64,000 nt of DNA from an uncultured Nitrospiraceae bacterium (GTDB taxonomy: Bacteria; Nitrospirota; Thermodesulfovibrionia; Thermodesulfovibrionales; Dissulfurispiraceae). The stretch is from the NCBI GenBank assembly GCA_963727805.1, contig CAVSHF010000005.1, positions 512,001 to 576,000 on the forward strand, written 5' to 3'. Position 1 is the stretch's first letter, and each line of letters begins with the position of its first letter. Of the stretch, positions 30,775 to 41,263 are shown in pieces. The position numbers were made by a program, and so were the translations under genes. The notes beneath the pieces were generated by a model that made no database searches, was not told the DNA's origin, and saw nothing but the letters and a program-made list of their open reading frames with translations.

Positions 30775-31091
30775 ACAGATGAATCACCTTTTGGCAATGG
30801 CTGACTGCCCAATTTAATTTCCCGGTTATCGAAGGCCTCGCTTACCAGCCATAACTTGTGCTCAAGCCCCGACCTATCCCATTGTTCACTGGAAAGATTG
30901 TGGAACCCCATTGTCTCTTCAGCAACATCGAGAACGCATGCATCAAATGCCGCCCGTTCTGTCTCGTAAGATTCGCGGAGTCTCTCTGGAAATTCCATCA
31001 ATGCTTTAAATAGGTCAGCCACAGTTGGAAGCCCCATGCTCGATGAGAAACCACTCCCGAGGACGAATACTCTATTTAATTTCCGAGTCAT
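30771..31091 (-). pseudogene. SIR2-like N-terminal fragment fused to unrelated sequence
   Basis: VFVLGSGFSSSMGLPT resembles the SIR2 GAG.S...GLP motif; too short for a full domain. Confidence 0.5.
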
Positions 31092-31168
31092 TCAATAAAT
31101 TATGAGCATATAAGCTCTTATTGATTCCAATTGGAAAATATGCATAATTATACCATGCCTTGGCTGTG

Positions 31169-31217
31169 TGGACCTATCCCCGGTCATTGTGCCACTATGA
31201 ATTAGAAAATGCCAGCA
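31169..31217. repeat. 49-bp dispersed direct repeat, copy 1 (copy 2 at 39893-39941)
   Basis: 45/49 identical by manual alignment. Confidence 0.85.
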
Positions 31218-31767
31218 ATAGCAAGCTACCTGAATGTACTAGACTCGCAACGCTCCCTTTACAGTGCGCAGCAGGGGCTACTTACCGTTCGACTGTCTCG
31301 GCTGATCAATTTGGTAACACTCTACAAGGTGCTGGGTGGAGGTGGAGTGTAAATATGAACTCATTGTTCCTTTGACCATTTCATGTTTTTAGAGGCGACG
31401 TTAGAAGAGGTCGGGGTCAGACATAACGCGCTCGTGAAGGTTATTTTCGCAAATGACCAAATTTTCTGTGCTGGCGGCAGTGGATGTTTTTAGGTGCAGG
31501 CAATATTTTCAAGAGAAGAGCATCGCTCTAGCAGGAAGAAATGTTGCGAAAACGTCCCGATCTCTTCAGTCCACATTATAAGTAACAGCTCAAGCGCCGA
31601 TTCTCGATGTCACCTAAAAGTTATCGACTTTGCCAGCACTAACAATTTGGTGATTAGCCACAAAAACTATCATGGTTGCTTTGTTGAGTGCTTCCTTGTA
31701 ACGCGGCGATCTGCATGAATATACGTTTTCTGACCGTCCTTGCGCTTCCAAAGTACACGCCGAGAGC

Positions 31768-32313
31768 TTACGACGCCCTAAGGACCATGACCATCTGGCG
31801 GCCGTCCATCTTCGGCTGGGATTCAACTATAGCGATATCCGTCAGTTCCGACGCCAATCTGTTCAGAACACTCGCTCCCAGATCCTGGCGACTAAATTCC
31901 CGTCCTCTGAATCTAATGGTTACTTTGACCTTGTCCCCTTGATCGATGAATTTCCGCGCATTGCGCTTCTTGAAATCATAGTCGTGGGTATCAATCATCG
32001 GACGCATCCTGATTTCCTTGATTGTGAGAGTCGTTTGCTGCTTCCTAGCCTTTCGCTCTTTTTTGCCTTCTTCGAATTTGAACTTCGTGTAATCCATAAT
32101 CTTGCATACCGGCGGCTCTGCCTGAGGGCTGATCTCCACAAGATCCAAATCTCGTTCCTCGGCCATCTTCAATGCTGAGTCGATATCCATTATTCCGATT
32201 TGTCCTTCATCGGCGACAACCCGTATCTCTTTCGCTTTAATCATATGGATCTGATTATTTACTCGGGTCTTATCGACAACCCGTACAGGTGATACTCGTC
32301 CTTGATTAGCTAT
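31768..32313 (-). CDS. infC: Translation initiation factor IF-3 (probable ATA start)
   Basis: LDLVEISPQAEPPVCKIMDY, KEIRMRP and DKVKVTIRFRGRE motifs; GGAGG 7 nt before ATA at 32313. Confidence 0.95.
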   Translation of the reverse strand: MANQGRVSPVRVVDKTRVNNQIHMIKAKEIRVVADEGQIGIMDIDSALKMAEERDLDLVEISPQAEPPVCKIMDYTKFKFEEGKKERKARKQQTTLTIKEIRMRPMIDTHDYDFKKRNARKFIDQGDKVKVTIRFRGREFSRQDLGASVLNRLASELTDIAIVESQPKMDGRQMVMVLRAS

Positions 32314-32570
32314 GGTGCGTCCTCCTTTTTTGTTGAGCTTGTCGGCAATTCTGCTCGTTCCGTACACAATAAACGGCACTCATAAGTATAACACTTTTAT
32401 CCGCTAAGATTATATTTAATAACAGTAAATGTCGTAATTACATAGTAAGCTCCGCTATTCAGTAAATGCCTGATGGTTCCGTTGTCATCACGCCAACTGT
32501 CGTGTTATACCCCGTTGACTATTCCGCGAGATGCAGTAGAATAAGAGTAAGTCTAATCAAGGAGGACATC

Positions 32571-32687
32571 ATGAGTAAAGAAAAAAACAAGCAAAAACCA
32601 AATGAAAAGAAAAAACCTCAGCACAGCCTAAAAGAAAAAAGACAAGCAAAGAAAGAAAAGGCCGAAGGTAAGAGCGCCTCTATATGA
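32571..32687 (+). CDS. Small Lys-rich protein (38 aa)
   Basis: AAGGAGG RBS; MSKEKNKQKPNEKKKPQHSLKEKRQAKKEK... Confidence 0.7.
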   Translation: MSKEKNKQKPNEKKKPQHSLKEKRQAKKEKAEGKSASI

Positions 32688-32751
32688 TGCTCAGTTAAAC
32701 TTACAATGGGTAGGTCTATTCCCGATTCATAGACCCACCCGTTTTTTCCCC

Positions 32752-33039
32752 TCAGCTTAAGTGCTTATTGACTAATTTGGTCATCTCAAACATCGAGACT
32801 TGGTTCTTCCCGTCGAATATAGCCAAGAGATTCTCATCTGCATTGATATTTCTCTTGTTCTTTGCATCCTGAAGATTATTTTTCTTTATATATGCCCAGA
32901 GTTTCTTGGTTATTTCTGTCCTTGGAAGCGGTTCATTACCCACTATCTTTGCCAATGCACCGCTCGGCTTCATAGCTTTCATAAATGCCGGATTAGGAGC
33001 TCTATTTTTTGAAACTTTCTTTTCCGATTCTGTCATCAT
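32752..33039 (-). CDS. SWIB/MDM2 domain protein
   Basis: PRTEITKKLWAYIKKNNLQD...MFEMTKLVNKHL. Confidence 0.93.
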   Translation of the reverse strand: MMTESEKKVSKNRAPNPAFMKAMKPSGALAKIVGNEPLPRTEITKKLWAYIKKNNLQDAKNKRNINADENLLAIFDGKNQVSMFEMTKLVNKHLS

Positions 33040-33154
33040 AATCTCCTTATGTTTGTGGTTTAGAGTCTGAATTCCTGTATTTCAGAACTGACACTTCTAA
33101 AGTATACACGAATCCAGCCTAAAGCGAGACATTGCACAACATACCACAATTAAT

Positions 33155-34375
33155 CTATCTGCCTACCATTATTTCTTTATAGCAGGTGGAGTTGCGGATG
33201 TTATCAAAATCGCTGTCGGTTCTAATATGTTTCCAGTTGCTATACCCCTTTTTAATTGCAGTTTTCAGCAAGTTGCATGCTTCAGATGTATTGTTTGTCA
33301 TTGAAAAAAGGCAAGCCTTTTCATAGTAAGCCTCAGCCAAATCAGGCTTGAGCTCTATGGCTTTGTTACAATCGTCCATTGCCTGCTGAGTATCACCTGA
33401 GTCATGGTAGTAAGCAGTTCCCCGCCTCGTATAGGCCTCAGCAAAATCAGGCTTGATTTCTATAGCTTTAGTGAAATCTTTAATAGCCTGTTGATCATTG
33501 CCTGAGAGGTAATAAGTAGATCCCCGATTAAAATAAGCCTCAGCAAAACCAGGCTTGATTTCTATAGCTTTAGTAAAATCTTTTATAGCCTGCTGAAAGT
33601 CGCGTAATGCACCATAAGCCCTTCCTCGGTTAAAATAAGCCTCCATATAATCAGGCTTGATTTCTATAGTTTTAGTGAAATCTTTAATAGCCTGCTGAAA
33701 GTCGCGTAATGCACCATAAACCATTCCCCGATTAAAATAAGCCTCAGCAAAATCAGGCTTGATTTCTATAGTTTTAGTGAAATCTTCAATAGCCTGCTGA
33801 AAGTCGTGTAATGCACCATAAGCCCTGCCTCGGTTAAAATGAGCCTTCATATAATCAGGCTTGATTTCTATAGCTTTAGTGAAATCTTTAATAGCCTGCT
33901 GATCATTGTCTGAGAGGTAATAAGTAGATCCCCGATTAAAATAAGCCTCAGCAAAATCAGGCCTGATTTCTATAGCTTTAGTAAAATCTTTAATAGCCTG
34001 CTGAAAGTCGCGTAATGCACCATAAGCCCTGCCTCGGTTAAAATAAGCCTCCATATAATCAGGTTTGAGTTCTATAGCTTTGTTAAACGCATCTCGTGCT
34101 GATCTGTTCATACCTGCTAAGAAATAGTTATTGCCCTGATTAAGCCAATATTCTGATGTATTTTCATAATTCTCGATATGGCTCCTTTGACTTATTGCCT
34201 CTCCTGCTTCATCATAGGCTATCATGACGACTACCGCCTTATTATTTTCCTTGAAAATATTCTGAGCATCCGCAAGACAGATAACGGGAAGAAGAATCAT
34301 GATGAGGAGTAAAATAACTGGAAATAAAGGAAGCTGTCTCTGCTTTAAGGAGTGTTTTATCATTTTCACTCTCAT
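33155..34375 (-). CDS. Exported TPR protein with near-identical 102-bp repeats
   Basis: About 9 TPRs of form AYFNRG...QQAIKDFTKAIEIKPD; C-terminal DSDFDNIR. Confidence 0.9.
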   Translation of the reverse strand: MRVKMIKHSLKQRQLPLFPVILLLIMILLPVICLADAQNIFKENNKAVVVMIAYDEAGEAISQRSHIENYENTSEYWLNQGNNYFLAGMNRSARDAFNKAIELKPDYMEAYFNRGRAYGALRDFQQAIKDFTKAIEIRPDFAEAYFNRGSTYYLSDNDQQAIKDFTKAIEIKPDYMKAHFNRGRAYGALHDFQQAIEDFTKTIEIKPDFAEAYFNRGMVYGALRDFQQAIKDFTKTIEIKPDYMEAYFNRGRAYGALRDFQQAIKDFTKAIEIKPGFAEAYFNRGSTYYLSGNDQQAIKDFTKAIEIKPDFAEAYTRRGTAYYHDSGDTQQAMDDCNKAIELKPDLAEAYYEKACLFSMTNNTSEACNLLKTAIKKGYSNWKHIRTDSDFDNIRNSTCYKEIMVGR

Positions 34376-34741
34376 ATGTATCCTCCTGTGATAATGTCTC
34401 GGGACACCTATATCATATTAACACCTTAAAACAGAACTGCTCAGGATGCAAGTCTCCAGTCCACCTTCTATCAAATAGAGCCAATTTTTAACGAAGGCAA
34501 TTTCAGCTACGCCGCCACAAGCATGAGAGAATGTCGGCAGTGCATATTTGCGTTATATGCACATAACCCGCATTGTAACTCTACTATCTTTGCAGCGAGG
34601 CATCTTGCACTGTGGTAAGTGTTTCTTGTGTGTCGGCCTCCAAAGAGAACTTCTAGTGAAAATCTTAATTGATCTCACAACAATGAAAAGCCAGCTAAGG
34701 ATGGATAGCATACCAGCAATTATTGTGTCCTGACCAATTTT

Positions 34742-35182
34742 TTAACTGCGCTCAAAAATCCAAAAGTAGCGCGACATAAAATTCCATAAAAAAGCTACTC
34801 CTGTAGCAGCAATCTTAGCAATAAAAATATAGAGGTTGGTCCACTCAACAAGTGCAGAAAGCACCACTAAATTAATGAAAAGGCCGATGATGCTAACCAT
34901 GTAAACTAGTACAATCTCGCGCTGACGAACGTGACGCCCACTTTTAAAGACAAAGCACAAACTCAAAATATAATTTACAGCGGTAGCCAGGATGAATGAT
35001 AAAATAGCTGAATTTATATAATGCCATTTCAGTATGTATATAAAAATGGCAAACACAAGCCATTCTGACATTGCGGCAATGCCACCAACGCAAAAATATT
35101 TACTGAATTTTAAAAGTAGAGGTTTATATCGCGAAAGACATTTCCTTAAGGCATGTGATGCTATTAAAGTTTCGGAGCCCAC
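34742..35182 (-). CDS. GtrA family flippase-like protein
   Basis: KYFCVGG, NYILS...FVF and WNFMSRYFWIF motifs. Confidence 0.88.
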   Translation of the reverse strand: MGSETLIASHALRKCLSRYKPLLLKFSKYFCVGGIAAMSEWLVFAIFIYILKWHYINSAILSFILATAVNYILSLCFVFKSGRHVRQREIVLVYMVSIIGLFINLVVLSALVEWTNLYIFIAKIAATGVAFLWNFMSRYFWIFERS

Positions 35183-35221
35183 GGATTATCTCTCACGAAT
35201 AGTCATGCTTACTCAACAATA

Positions 35222-35905
35222 TCAACTAAAAAGGTTATACTTCAATATACATCTGAGGGCAGAAACACCGTCGCGCCAACCAATTTTTTTCCCTTCTTCA
35301 TAAGTTCTGCCAGCGTACGATATGCCTACTTCATATATACGAGCTCTCAGTTTAGACACCTTAGCGGTAATTTCAGGCTCAAAACCAAACCGATTTTCTT
35401 CGATAGTAATCTTTGTGTATATGTCCCGTGTGAATACCTTGTAGCAAGTTTCCATATCGGTGAGGTTCAGGTTTGTTAACATGTTGGAAAGAAGGGTTAA
35501 CAGTTTATTTCCAACCATATGCCAGAAATATAATACCCTGTGAGCCTCACCACCCATAAAACGTGAACCATAGACTACATCAGCCCTTCCCAGAAGGATA
35601 GGCTCGATCAACCGCGGGTATTCATTCGGGTTATACTCTAAATCAGCATCCTGAATTATCAATATATCACCAGTGACTTTTCGAAAACCGGTCCGTAAAG
35701 CAGCACCTTTCCCCATATTTTTCTCATGGAGGCAAACCGTTGTGTCGCCACCCGCTAGCGTTTTGACGATTTCCCTTGTACCGTCCGTAGAGCCGTCATC
35801 CACTAAAATAATTTCTTTGTCTATCTCTATAGCCTTTATTGCACGATAGATTTCAATGATCGTTGTTTTTTCATTAAAGACAGGGACAATAACTGACAGT
35901 TTCAT
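35222..35905 (-). CDS. GT2, DPM/GtrB-like polyprenol-phosphate glycosyltransferase
   Basis: PVFNE, QDADLEY, DMETCYK and FGFEPE motifs. Confidence 0.93.
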   Translation of the reverse strand: MKLSVIVPVFNEKTTIIEIYRAIKAIEIDKEIILVDDGSTDGTREIVKTLAGGDTTVCLHEKNMGKGAALRTGFRKVTGDILIIQDADLEYNPNEYPRLIEPILLGRADVVYGSRFMGGEAHRVLYFWHMVGNKLLTLLSNMLTNLNLTDMETCYKVFTRDIYTKITIEENRFGFEPEITAKVSKLRARIYEVGISYAGRTYEEGKKIGWRDGVSALRCILKYNLFS

Positions 35906-35906
35906 T

Positions 35907-36850
35907 TTACAATCCAATTATATCTGCGAAATATGCTACGGTTTTGTTTAAACCTTCAGTGAGATTGACGGACGGGAGCCAAGCCAGCTTCTCCTTGGCC
36001 AATGCGATATCGAGTTGCCTCTGTTTGGGATCATCTTCTGATATAGTCTTAAATGTAATTCTTGATCTCGAACCGGTCAACTTTATTATCACCTCTGCCA
36101 ATTCGCGGACGGAAACTTCCACAGTATTTCCTAACTTTACAGGACCGACAAAATCATCGGGACTTTTCATAAGTTTAACAAGTCCATCAATAAGGTCATC
36201 AACATAACAGAAACTCCTCGTCTGACTACCATCGCCATATATTATAATGTCCTCACCCTTCAACGCCGCAGTAGTAAAAGTTGCTCACCTCGCGACCATC
36301 ATCCAGATGCATTTTCGGTCCATACGTATTAAATATCCTCGCAACTTTTATTTTCAATTTATGCTGCCGATAATAGTCAAAAAAAAAGGGTTCAGCACAT
36401 CGCTTCCCTTCATCGTAACACGCCCTCGATCCAATAGTATTCACATTTCCCCAATAGGTTTCAGGCTGAGGATGAACAGAGGGGTCTCCATATACTTCAC
36501 TTGCAGATGCAAGCAAAATCTTGGCCTTCACTCGCTTGGTTAATACTTCCATGGACCGAAGTCTTTGTTGTTTGAACCGGATCAAACTGATAATGTATTG
36601 GAGACGCCGGACAGACAAGGTTATAGATCTCATCCACTTCACCATAAAGAGGAAAGCAAATGTCATGACACATAACTTCGAAAAAAGGATTTTGCATCAA
36701 AATGGTGATGTTTGCTTTCCTCCCAGTATAATAATTATCCACGCAAAGCACTTCGTCTCCGTCATTCAAAAGTCTTTCACAGAGATGAGAGCCAAGAAAA
36801 CCTGTGCCGCCAGTCACCAGAATACTCTTTTTTATGGAATTGTTCTTTGG
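35907..36850 (-). pseudogene. UDP-glucuronate decarboxylase (UXS-like), frameshifted
   Basis: [41 protein letters not shown] and GDGSQTRSFCYVDD fall in three separate ORFs. Confidence 0.9.
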
Positions 36851-37298
36851 GATTTCTCAATATATTAGATATTATGTCTATATTAACACATAAAGTATAG
36901 TCTTAATTTTTACATATTACTTTCAATTCGACAACACTTCAATTGTGGTCTACACTCTCCAAAGAGCAGACATTCAATTGAGTCAATATTGCTATACAAG
37001 GAAAGGAGCGGCTTAATGCGCAACTGAGAGCTGAAATAGTCGCTGAAAGTCTATCTCAAGCGCAGGTCATCAAGACCGCGTCCACGGTTTTCCTGCACAT
37101 TATATGGTTGCAGCGAATTGTATGACTTCTATGACGGCCGCACCCACTCAGCTTTTTGATGGCGGTAATCAGAGTGACTCGATAAAATGCATAGAAATGA
37201 ACTATAAAACAACCCTAGAATTAATCCTTTTATTTTGCGAGTCGTTTAGTTATACTAACCGCTAAGATAACTGTACAAAAAGATAGTATGCTGAATGG

Positions 37299-38030
37299 GT
37301 GACTCAAATGATCCAGCTTAGTTCGGACATCTGGAAGAGTTTTTGGGATGTGGTCCCTCTAAGTCAAACCACTATAAATTTTATTGAGAGCCCCCTTATT
37401 GGCACAACGTCATTTCTGATCCCCTTCTATCTGTTCCTGATCTCTAGTGCGGTACTCATCTTTATTGTTGAAAATCTGCGTCATGGTGATTTACAACTGG
37501 GAAGATCCTTCAAAAGTACTTCTCACAAGAGACGCTCAGATCTTCGCACTGGTCCGCAAGGTCGTAGACATCATCTCCTACAAACTATCGTGCTATCACT
37601 CATGAAAACAGTTATCCTCACCTGTATTGCGGGAGGAATATTATTTGCTCTAAGAATGGATTATGGGTGGTATAAGCTATGGGAATTCGATAAGGAAGTC
37701 CTCGCACCAATGAGTCTCGACGAACGGATTGCTTTTTTGGAGCAGGCACGAATAAATTTATTTGCTCAATGGTTGAGAACAAATATACCACAAAATGAGC
37801 AAGTAAGAATCATCACTAGCAATTCTTATTTCAGGTTTGTACTAAAATATTACCTTCTACCGGTAAAAAGCTCCGAAAATGGAAACTACATAGTTGTCGC
37901 AGGAGAAAATTATTCTTTTGATCCGGCAAAACATACCTTGCTGCAAGATCGAAATATCGTTGAACAAAATCTTGTCTTGATTAGCCTGGGTCGAGAGTTT
38001 ATTGTATGTCGAAAAGCTAGAGTTAACTAG
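37299..38030 (+). CDS. Hypothetical membrane protein
   Basis: 243-aa ORF with two hydrophobic segments, abutting the next gene. Confidence 0.65.
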   Translation: MTQMIQLSSDIWKSFWDVVPLSQTTINFIESPLIGTTSFLIPFYLFLISSAVLIFIVENLRHGDLQLGRSFKSTSHKRRSDLRTGPQGRRHHLLQTIVLSLMKTVILTCIAGGILFALRMDYGWYKLWEFDKEVLAPMSLDERIAFLEQARINLFAQWLRTNIPQNEQVRIITSNSYFRFVLKYYLLPVKSSENGNYIVVAGENYSFDPAKHTLLQDRNIVEQNLVLISLGREFIVCRKARVN

Positions 38031-39446
38031 ATGATAATTATGATGCTTAGCTATGCAATATTACTACCCACATTAACAGGTTTTTTGTTTGTCAGTTATT
38101 TTTCTCGCTATGAAGATAAACACAATTTGTTTGAAAGACTATGTTTTGGTTTCGGCATGGGGACTGCTTTGCTTACTTTTGAAATGTTTATAGTTGGTCT
38201 GTTGCAAATTCGATTTAGCTTACATTTATTTTCAGCAGTACAAATATTGACTATGATTTTATTTGGTTCGTTGTTGTTTAAATCAAAATATACTTTTATA
38301 GAACTATTTGAATTTAGGCTAAGTAGTGAAATGGGGATACCGTTCTTAAATAACTCCAAGGCACAGTTGATTTTGTTTTTGCTGCTAACAAGCTGGATTC
38401 TGCTAAAGTTTTTTCTTATTACCCGCACGAGCTATATATTGCCGGTTTTTGCGTGGGATAGTTTGGAAAATTGGAGTTCTGCTGCAAAATTTTTTTTCTA
38501 TGAGAAGGGGCTTGCACTGGAGCATTCAGAAGAGCACTTTTTTGGCACGGGATACAGAACCTTTTTGAATTATCCACTGCATGTTCCTTTAATACAGGTA
38601 TGGTTTTCTCTCTGTATCGGAAATATCCATGAAGCATACATCAAATACTGGAATGTTATTTACTTTATTAGCGTTGTTGGATTGCTTTTCTTTGCGCTGA
38701 AAAGGGAAGTTTCAGCAATTATTGCTATTTTCGCAGCTTTCTTCCTCTCATCTGTGCCGCTGCTTACATTTCATGCGACCCAAGCTTATGCAGATTTGCC
38801 TTTGAGCTATTATGCTCTGGCAGTTACCGTATATTTCAGAAAATACATGAAAAGCGAACAAAAAGATGCTAATTACGGCATCCTTACAGTCATGGGATTA
38901 TTTGCAGCTTTCTGTTTATGGACAAAAATAGAGGGCGTTTTGTTTTGTTTAGCATTCAGTACAACTTTAATTTTTTACCTTTTCTTGAAAAGAAACGGTA
39001 CTAAGGAGTTATTAAATAGCATTTGTTTCTATTTGCTGCCTATAAGTATCATAAGCTTTTCCTGGTTTTCTTTTATATTATTGAATAGTATTTCAGGACG
39101 CGGGCTTGAAGGTTTCCTCACTTCGGGTCTCCATTTTGAGGTTTTCCCAATCATCTGGGATCAAATCATGTTTTCTGCAAATTTTAATATTATTTTCATT
39201 TTTTTCTTCACTATGCTTTTCTTGAGTATTAAATCCGTTTTCAACTCTGACTTAAAATATCTTCTAATTGCACTATTATTAATTATGCTGATGTATCTCT
39301 TCATCTACGTGACTACGGATAATTACAAGTGGGTAATGGACTTGGCAGCCATAAATCGTAACATCCTGACGCTAATTCCTATGTTATATTATATCAGCGC
39401 GCTGATGACGGTAGATTTACTAAAGACAACAGATCGTGGAAGGTAA
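38031..39446 (+). CDS. Polytopic membrane protein, putative GT-C glycosyltransferase
   Basis: WD...W...AK, YP, YADLP and TKIEG motifs; near gtrA/GT2. Confidence 0.65.
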   Translation: MIIMMLSYAILLPTLTGFLFVSYFSRYEDKHNLFERLCFGFGMGTALLTFEMFIVGLLQIRFSLHLFSAVQILTMILFGSLLFKSKYTFIELFEFRLSSEMGIPFLNNSKAQLILFLLLTSWILLKFFLITRTSYILPVFAWDSLENWSSAAKFFFYEKGLALEHSEEHFFGTGYRTFLNYPLHVPLIQVWFSLCIGNIHEAYIKYWNVIYFISVVGLLFFALKREVSAIIAIFAAFFLSSVPLLTFHATQAYADLPLSYYALAVTVYFRKYMKSEQKDANYGILTVMGLFAAFCLWTKIEGVLFCLAFSTTLIFYLFLKRNGTKELLNSICFYLLPISIISFSWFSFILLNSISGRGLEGFLTSGLHFEVFPIIWDQIMFSANFNIIFIFFFTMLFLSIKSVFNSDLKYLLIALLLIMLMYLFIYVTTDNYKWVMDLAAINRNILTLIPMLYYISALMTVDLLKTTDRGR

Positions 39447-40234
39447 CAAGTCTTATCATGTTTCTATGGGCACGGCAAAAACTTTTTAATATTTCGCGGC
39501 CAGACGCGGGAAGGATGTTTGACATTAAGATGCCATGCTAAATATACCCTTTTATGACGTTCAGGTGAAATAATGATATTGAGCCGCAAAGCCTCTCATA
39601 TTAGATCCGGCACCGCATGTTTAAGTGAATATTTACAATATTCTCATGTGCGATGGTATTGTCGAGCAGTCTGATGGGTACAAGTGTAAAGAAACGGCCT
39701 TAGAATATCTATGTTCCTGCAGTCTCCGGCCACTACTTAAACGTTTTGGCAATTAGAGTATTGTTATCACTTGCCACTTATACACATCACCGTAGGGCAT
39801 GGCCTATTACTCAAGCTTTCTTTCGGAAGTCGAGACCATCGTTCGTCGGTGAAGAATGTTTGTACCACCTGAAAATCGATTTTTAGGCCACCTGGACCTA
39901 GCCCTGGTCATGGTGCCACTACGAATTAGAAAATGCCAGCATCACCAGTAATATTTACTTCTTGGTGGACTCTTGAGTCGAACCATATTGCTTTCCACTT
40001 GTACACTTCAGAGTCATCAGGTTAACAACAGGTGTTATTTTCGCGAGAAAAAGTTGCCAACTTTACTCTCTTTGGTTATACAGTCCCAACTACAACACGG
40101 TGGAGACACGTTTTTTCTTTTTTGAACAGTCGTTTCGAAAAAGCAACCGAAATTTGACCATCTGCGATCACCGAATATTGATCACCCTAAGCTAGTTGAT
40201 AATCAGGGATGATAGTGGGTAATCATCCCGCCGT

Positions 40235-40486
40235 TTATTCGTACTGGCGTCTCAGTTGCCTTGCTTTCTTCCGGTCATACCCGATATCAGCCCTCGAAGT
40301 ATCAGGAACCCTGAGTGGATAGGCGTACCCGGACTCGCTGATCAGCATATCGCCGTCGAGATCCGTTATCATCGAGATATCGCCGGCATTGCTGCATTGC
40401 TTGAACCAGGTCGTATTGTCTCTGGTGAATGCGACTTCAACCGTTTCAAGTCTGCCTTTTTGAGGATTGTACACTGTGGTTTCCAT
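40235..40486 (-). CDS. Hypothetical passenger protein inside IS21
   Basis: 83-aa ORF starting 3 bp after the istB stop, inside the IS ends. Confidence 0.7.
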   Translation of the reverse strand: METTVYNPQKGRLETVEVAFTRDNTTWFKQCSNAGDISMITDLDGDMLISESGYAYPLRVPDTSRADIGYDRKKARQLRRQYE

Positions 40487-40489
40487 AAG

Positions 40490-41263
40490 TTATTTCTCCT
40501 TGCCTCCATGTTTTCTTTTTTCCTTAAGGCTCTGCTTCAGACGATAGCTGTCCCAGGTGCAGTTAATGATATGGGCTTTATGGGTCAGCCGATCCAGCAG
40601 CGCGGCGGTCATTACCGGATCGCCAAATACTTGGGTCCAGTCGGCAAACCCAAGATTGGTTGTGATCATCACTGACCCTTTCTCGTGCCTTTCCGCCAAA
40701 ACCTGAAACAGTAGTTCCGCTCCTTCCTTGGAGAAAGGTATATACCCCAGTTCGTCCAGAATGAGCAGATCGTAGCGAACATACCTTTGGATAAGACGCT
40801 GTAGCGTCCGCTGCTGTCTTGCTTCGATCAGTTCGTTGACCAGGCCGTAACAGGTGACAAACCGGGTCCGAAAGTTGTTTTTACAGGCTTCGATCCCCAG
40901 GGCAGTGGACATATGCGTCTTGCCAGTGCCACTTCTTCCAAGAAAGATGACATTCCGGCACTCCTTTATATAGCCTTCTGCGGTAAGTTCCCGGAACAGC
41001 CGAAGGTCCAGTTCCGGTACTGCTGCAAGATCGAAGGTCTCCAGTGGCTTGATAATGGGGAACTTTGCCTCCCTGACGCGGCGGTTCAACCTGCTTTCCG
41101 ATCTGGCTTGCAGTTCTGCTACGGTCAGATTGAGGAGAAACTCGTCATAGCCGATCCCGGCTTCCCGGGCTTGACGCACGAACCCCTCAATGTCGCGAGC
41201 CATGGCTGATAGATTCAGCGCCCTGAGATTTGCCTGCAGTTCCATCGACTCTCCGGCTTTCAT
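40490..41263 (-). CDS. istB: IS21 helper ATPase
   Basis: GRSGTGKT, LLILDELGY and ALLDRLTH motifs. Confidence 0.96.
   Translation of the reverse strand: MKAGESMELQANLRALNLSAMARDIEGFVRQAREAGIGYDEFLLNLTVAELQARSESRLNRRVREAKFPIIKPLETFDLAAVPELDLRLFRELTAEGYIKECRNVIFLGRSGTGKTHMSTALGIEACKNNFRTRFVTCYGLVNELIEARQQRTLQRLIQRYVRYDLLILDELGYIPFSKEGAELLFQVLAERHEKGSVMITTNLGFADWTQVFGDPVMTAALLDRLTHKAHIINCTWDSYRLKQSLKEKRKHGGKEK

Noticed and set aside
34450..34733. Possible Ada-like metal-binding domain remnant
   Set aside because: Similarity is too weak and interrupted to support a call.
37160..37185. TCGAGTC...CCGCCA on the minus strand as a tRNA 3' end
   Set aside because: No cloverleaf or T-stem pairing upstream.
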